Positions 62,385-64,000 of a stretch of DNA of 64,000 bases are shown here, in pieces. The stretch's first letter is position 1. Every line of letters begins with the position of its first letter. Both the position numbers and the translations under genes were made by a program. The stretch comes from an uncultured Nitrososphaerales archaeon. GTDB taxonomy: Archaea; Thermoproteota; Nitrososphaeria; Nitrososphaerales; Nitrososphaeraceae. The stretch covers positions 704,001 through 768,000 of the forward strand of contig CAVOHZ010000010.1 in assembly GCA_963695855.1 (NCBI GenBank), in the 5' to 3' direction. Under the pieces are notes generated by a model. That model saw only the letters and a program-made list of their open reading frames with translations, did not search any database and was not told the DNA's origin.

Positions 62385-63656
62385 ATGAAATTTAAAAGAA
62401 CCAAGAATTTTCATCCATCAAAGGATATCTCGTGTACATTAGGCGATGAGCTTAAAGGAAAACAGGTAATATTATGTGTTTCTGGCAGTGTCGCCGCATA
62501 CAAAGCCATAGATTTTGCTAGACTTCTCATGAGGCATGGTGCAGATGTATTTGCAGTAATTTCTAAATCTACATCTTTATTATTAAATCCTAATTTTTTA
62601 AAATGGGCTACAGGAAACGAGGTAGTTGCAAAATTAACTGGAAATATGGAACATATTGCTTTGGGAGACTTTGAAATGTCTGATTTAGTAGTAGTATATC
62701 CATGTACTGCAAATACTTTGGGTAAATTCGCATGTGGGATAGATGATACTCCTATTACATCAATTCTTACAGTTTCTCTTGGATCCAAAATTCCAATATT
62801 TATAGCTCCAGCTATGCACGAAGCAATGTATCACAATCCTTTTGTGGTCAATAATTTAGAAACAATAAGACAAAATGGTGTGTCAATAATAGAACCATCC
62901 ATGATTGAAGGAAAAGCAAAAATTGCAACACCTGAAAATGCATTATCTCAAATTTTGAATTTTTTTGCACAATCCAATAATAAAATTTTGTCGAATAAAA
63001 AAATTCTTGTAACCTCTGGAAGTACTATAGAATTTATCGATCCTGTAAGAGTTATATCTAATCTGAGTTCAGGAAAAATGGGTCAAGCACTTGTAAACGA
63101 AGCTTTAAAACAAGGCGCGCATGTTACTCATATATCAGGTAATTCCTTCCTTAAACCTTTAACTAATAGAAATTTAAAAAATATCCAGATTACTACATCT
63201 GAGGATATGTATGAGCAAGTGACATCTGAATTATCTTCTAAGAAATATCATATTGCGATAATGGCTGCTGCAGTCTCTGACTTTAAGGTGAATCAAGTAA
63301 ATAAAAAGAAGATCAGAAGTCGCGGTTATAATAAATTGACAATAGATTTGTTTCCAACGAAAAAGATCATAAATTGCATAAAATTGGTGGATAAGAATAT
63401 TTTTCTTGTAGGTTTTACAGCCTATCATGATGTATCCAATTCATTTCTTATTTCTAGGGCAAATGAAAAATTAAAAGAATCTAATAGTGATATTATTATT
63501 GCAAATGACGTTGGAAGAAAATATTCTACTATTGGTTCAGATTATAATGAAGTATTTATAATTTCTAAAAATAAACCCGTTGTTCATTTACCTCCTGAAC
63601 GAAAAGACCTCATCGCAAAAAAAATATATGAAATAATTGCCTCATACTTGGAATGA
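62385..63656 (+). CDS. coaBC: Bifunctional phosphopantothenoylcysteine decarboxylase/synthetase
   Basis: SGSVAAYK, PCTANT, PAMH, IDPVRVISNLSSGKMG and AAVSDF motifs. Confidence 0.96.
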   Translation: MKFKRTKNFHPSKDISCTLGDELKGKQVILCVSGSVAAYKAIDFARLLMRHGADVFAVISKSTSLLLNPNFLKWATGNEVVAKLTGNMEHIALGDFEMSDLVVVYPCTANTLGKFACGIDDTPITSILTVSLGSKIPIFIAPAMHEAMYHNPFVVNNLETIRQNGVSIIEPSMIEGKAKIATPENALSQILNFFAQSNNKILSNKKILVTSGSTIEFIDPVRVISNLSSGKMGQALVNEALKQGAHVTHISGNSFLKPLTNRNLKNIQITTSEDMYEQVTSELSSKKYHIAIMAAAVSDFKVNQVNKKKIRSRGYNKLTIDLFPTKKIINCIKLVDKNIFLVGFTAYHDVSNSFLISRANEKLKESNSDIIIANDVGRKYSTIGSDYNEVFIISKNKPVVHLPPERKDLIAKKIYEIIASYLE

Positions 63657-63720
63657 ATAATAAATTAACCTTGTTATATATTTTCAATTGAAATTTTTTG
63701 AACAAATTTATTATAATATA

Positions 63721-64000
63721 TTATAATATAACTAGATTATTTCTAAATTTGTTCATTTTTTGTACACCGTTTTTTATTTTGTTATCTATGATCACACTAT
63801 CCTCTATTCTAATACCAAATTTGGACTTTAAATAAATTCCTGGTTCTATTGTTATGGTCATATTATTATTTAAGATCTGGTTATTGTTTCTGCGAATCCA
63901 AGGGGGTTCGTGAACATCCAAACCAATTCCATGTCCTGTAGAATGATTAAATTCTTCATTGTAACCCCTATTCGAAATAAAATCTCTGCAAATTTTATCT
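63721..64000 (-). CDS. Xaa-Pro aminopeptidase (M24), 3' part only
   Basis: HSTGHGIGLDVHEPP, TIEPGIY and GIRIED motifs; runs off window. Confidence 0.9.
   Translation of the reverse strand, partial: DKICRDFISNRGYNEEFNHSTGHGIGLDVHEPPWIRRNNNQILNNNMTITIEPGIYLKSKFGIRIEDSVIIDNKIKNGVQKMNKFRNNLVIL

Noticed and set aside
531-63428. Numerous short antisense ORFs overlapping core genes (e.g. 531-749, 7898-8104, 12703-13212, 53720-54757, 56199-56870, 62411-62788)
   Set aside because: Shadow ORFs opposite well-supported genes, with no recognisable motifs.
1-64000. CRISPR array, cas genes or a recognisable defence system
   Set aside because: No regularly spaced repeats or recognisable cas, restriction-modification or retron genes were seen.

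Overview
AT-rich archaeal chromosome segment from an ammonia-oxidising archaeon (Nitrososphaerota; gene content and low GC suggest a soil Nitrososphaeraceae/Nitrosocosmicus-like organism, which is an inference). Core genes: acetyl/propionyl-CoA carboxylase subunits, rfcL, the rpoH-rpoB-rpoA(unsplit)-rpl30e-nusA-rps12-rps7 cluster, intron-containing tRNA-His, taw1, ychF-kae1-bud32, rdgB, a Zn/Mn ABC transporter, rpoP, SSB, ppa, cdvC/vps4, tsr3, RNase P RNA, sec61beta, aIF1, TFB and the CoA pathway genes pok-pps-panB-coaBC. The 23.8-38 kb region contains many IS elements and IS relics (IS630, IS5, IS6-like), including a 523-bp inverted duplication that reads as identical. The main finding is a ~10.5-kb decaying integrated element (42.7-53.2 kb) bounded by a direct repeat of the 3' end of the RNase P RNA gene, i.e. 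apparently inserted into rnpB rather than a tRNA. It carries an integrase fragment, a second internal att-like junction, terminase small/large subunit pseudogenes with no recognisable capsid or portal gene, several RHH/Zn-finger genes, a tRNA 3'-half fragment, a nested ~120-nt hairpin, and a high-GC bacterial-type DUF1326 gene. All calls come from reading the sequence and the supplied ORFs; no database searches were run.
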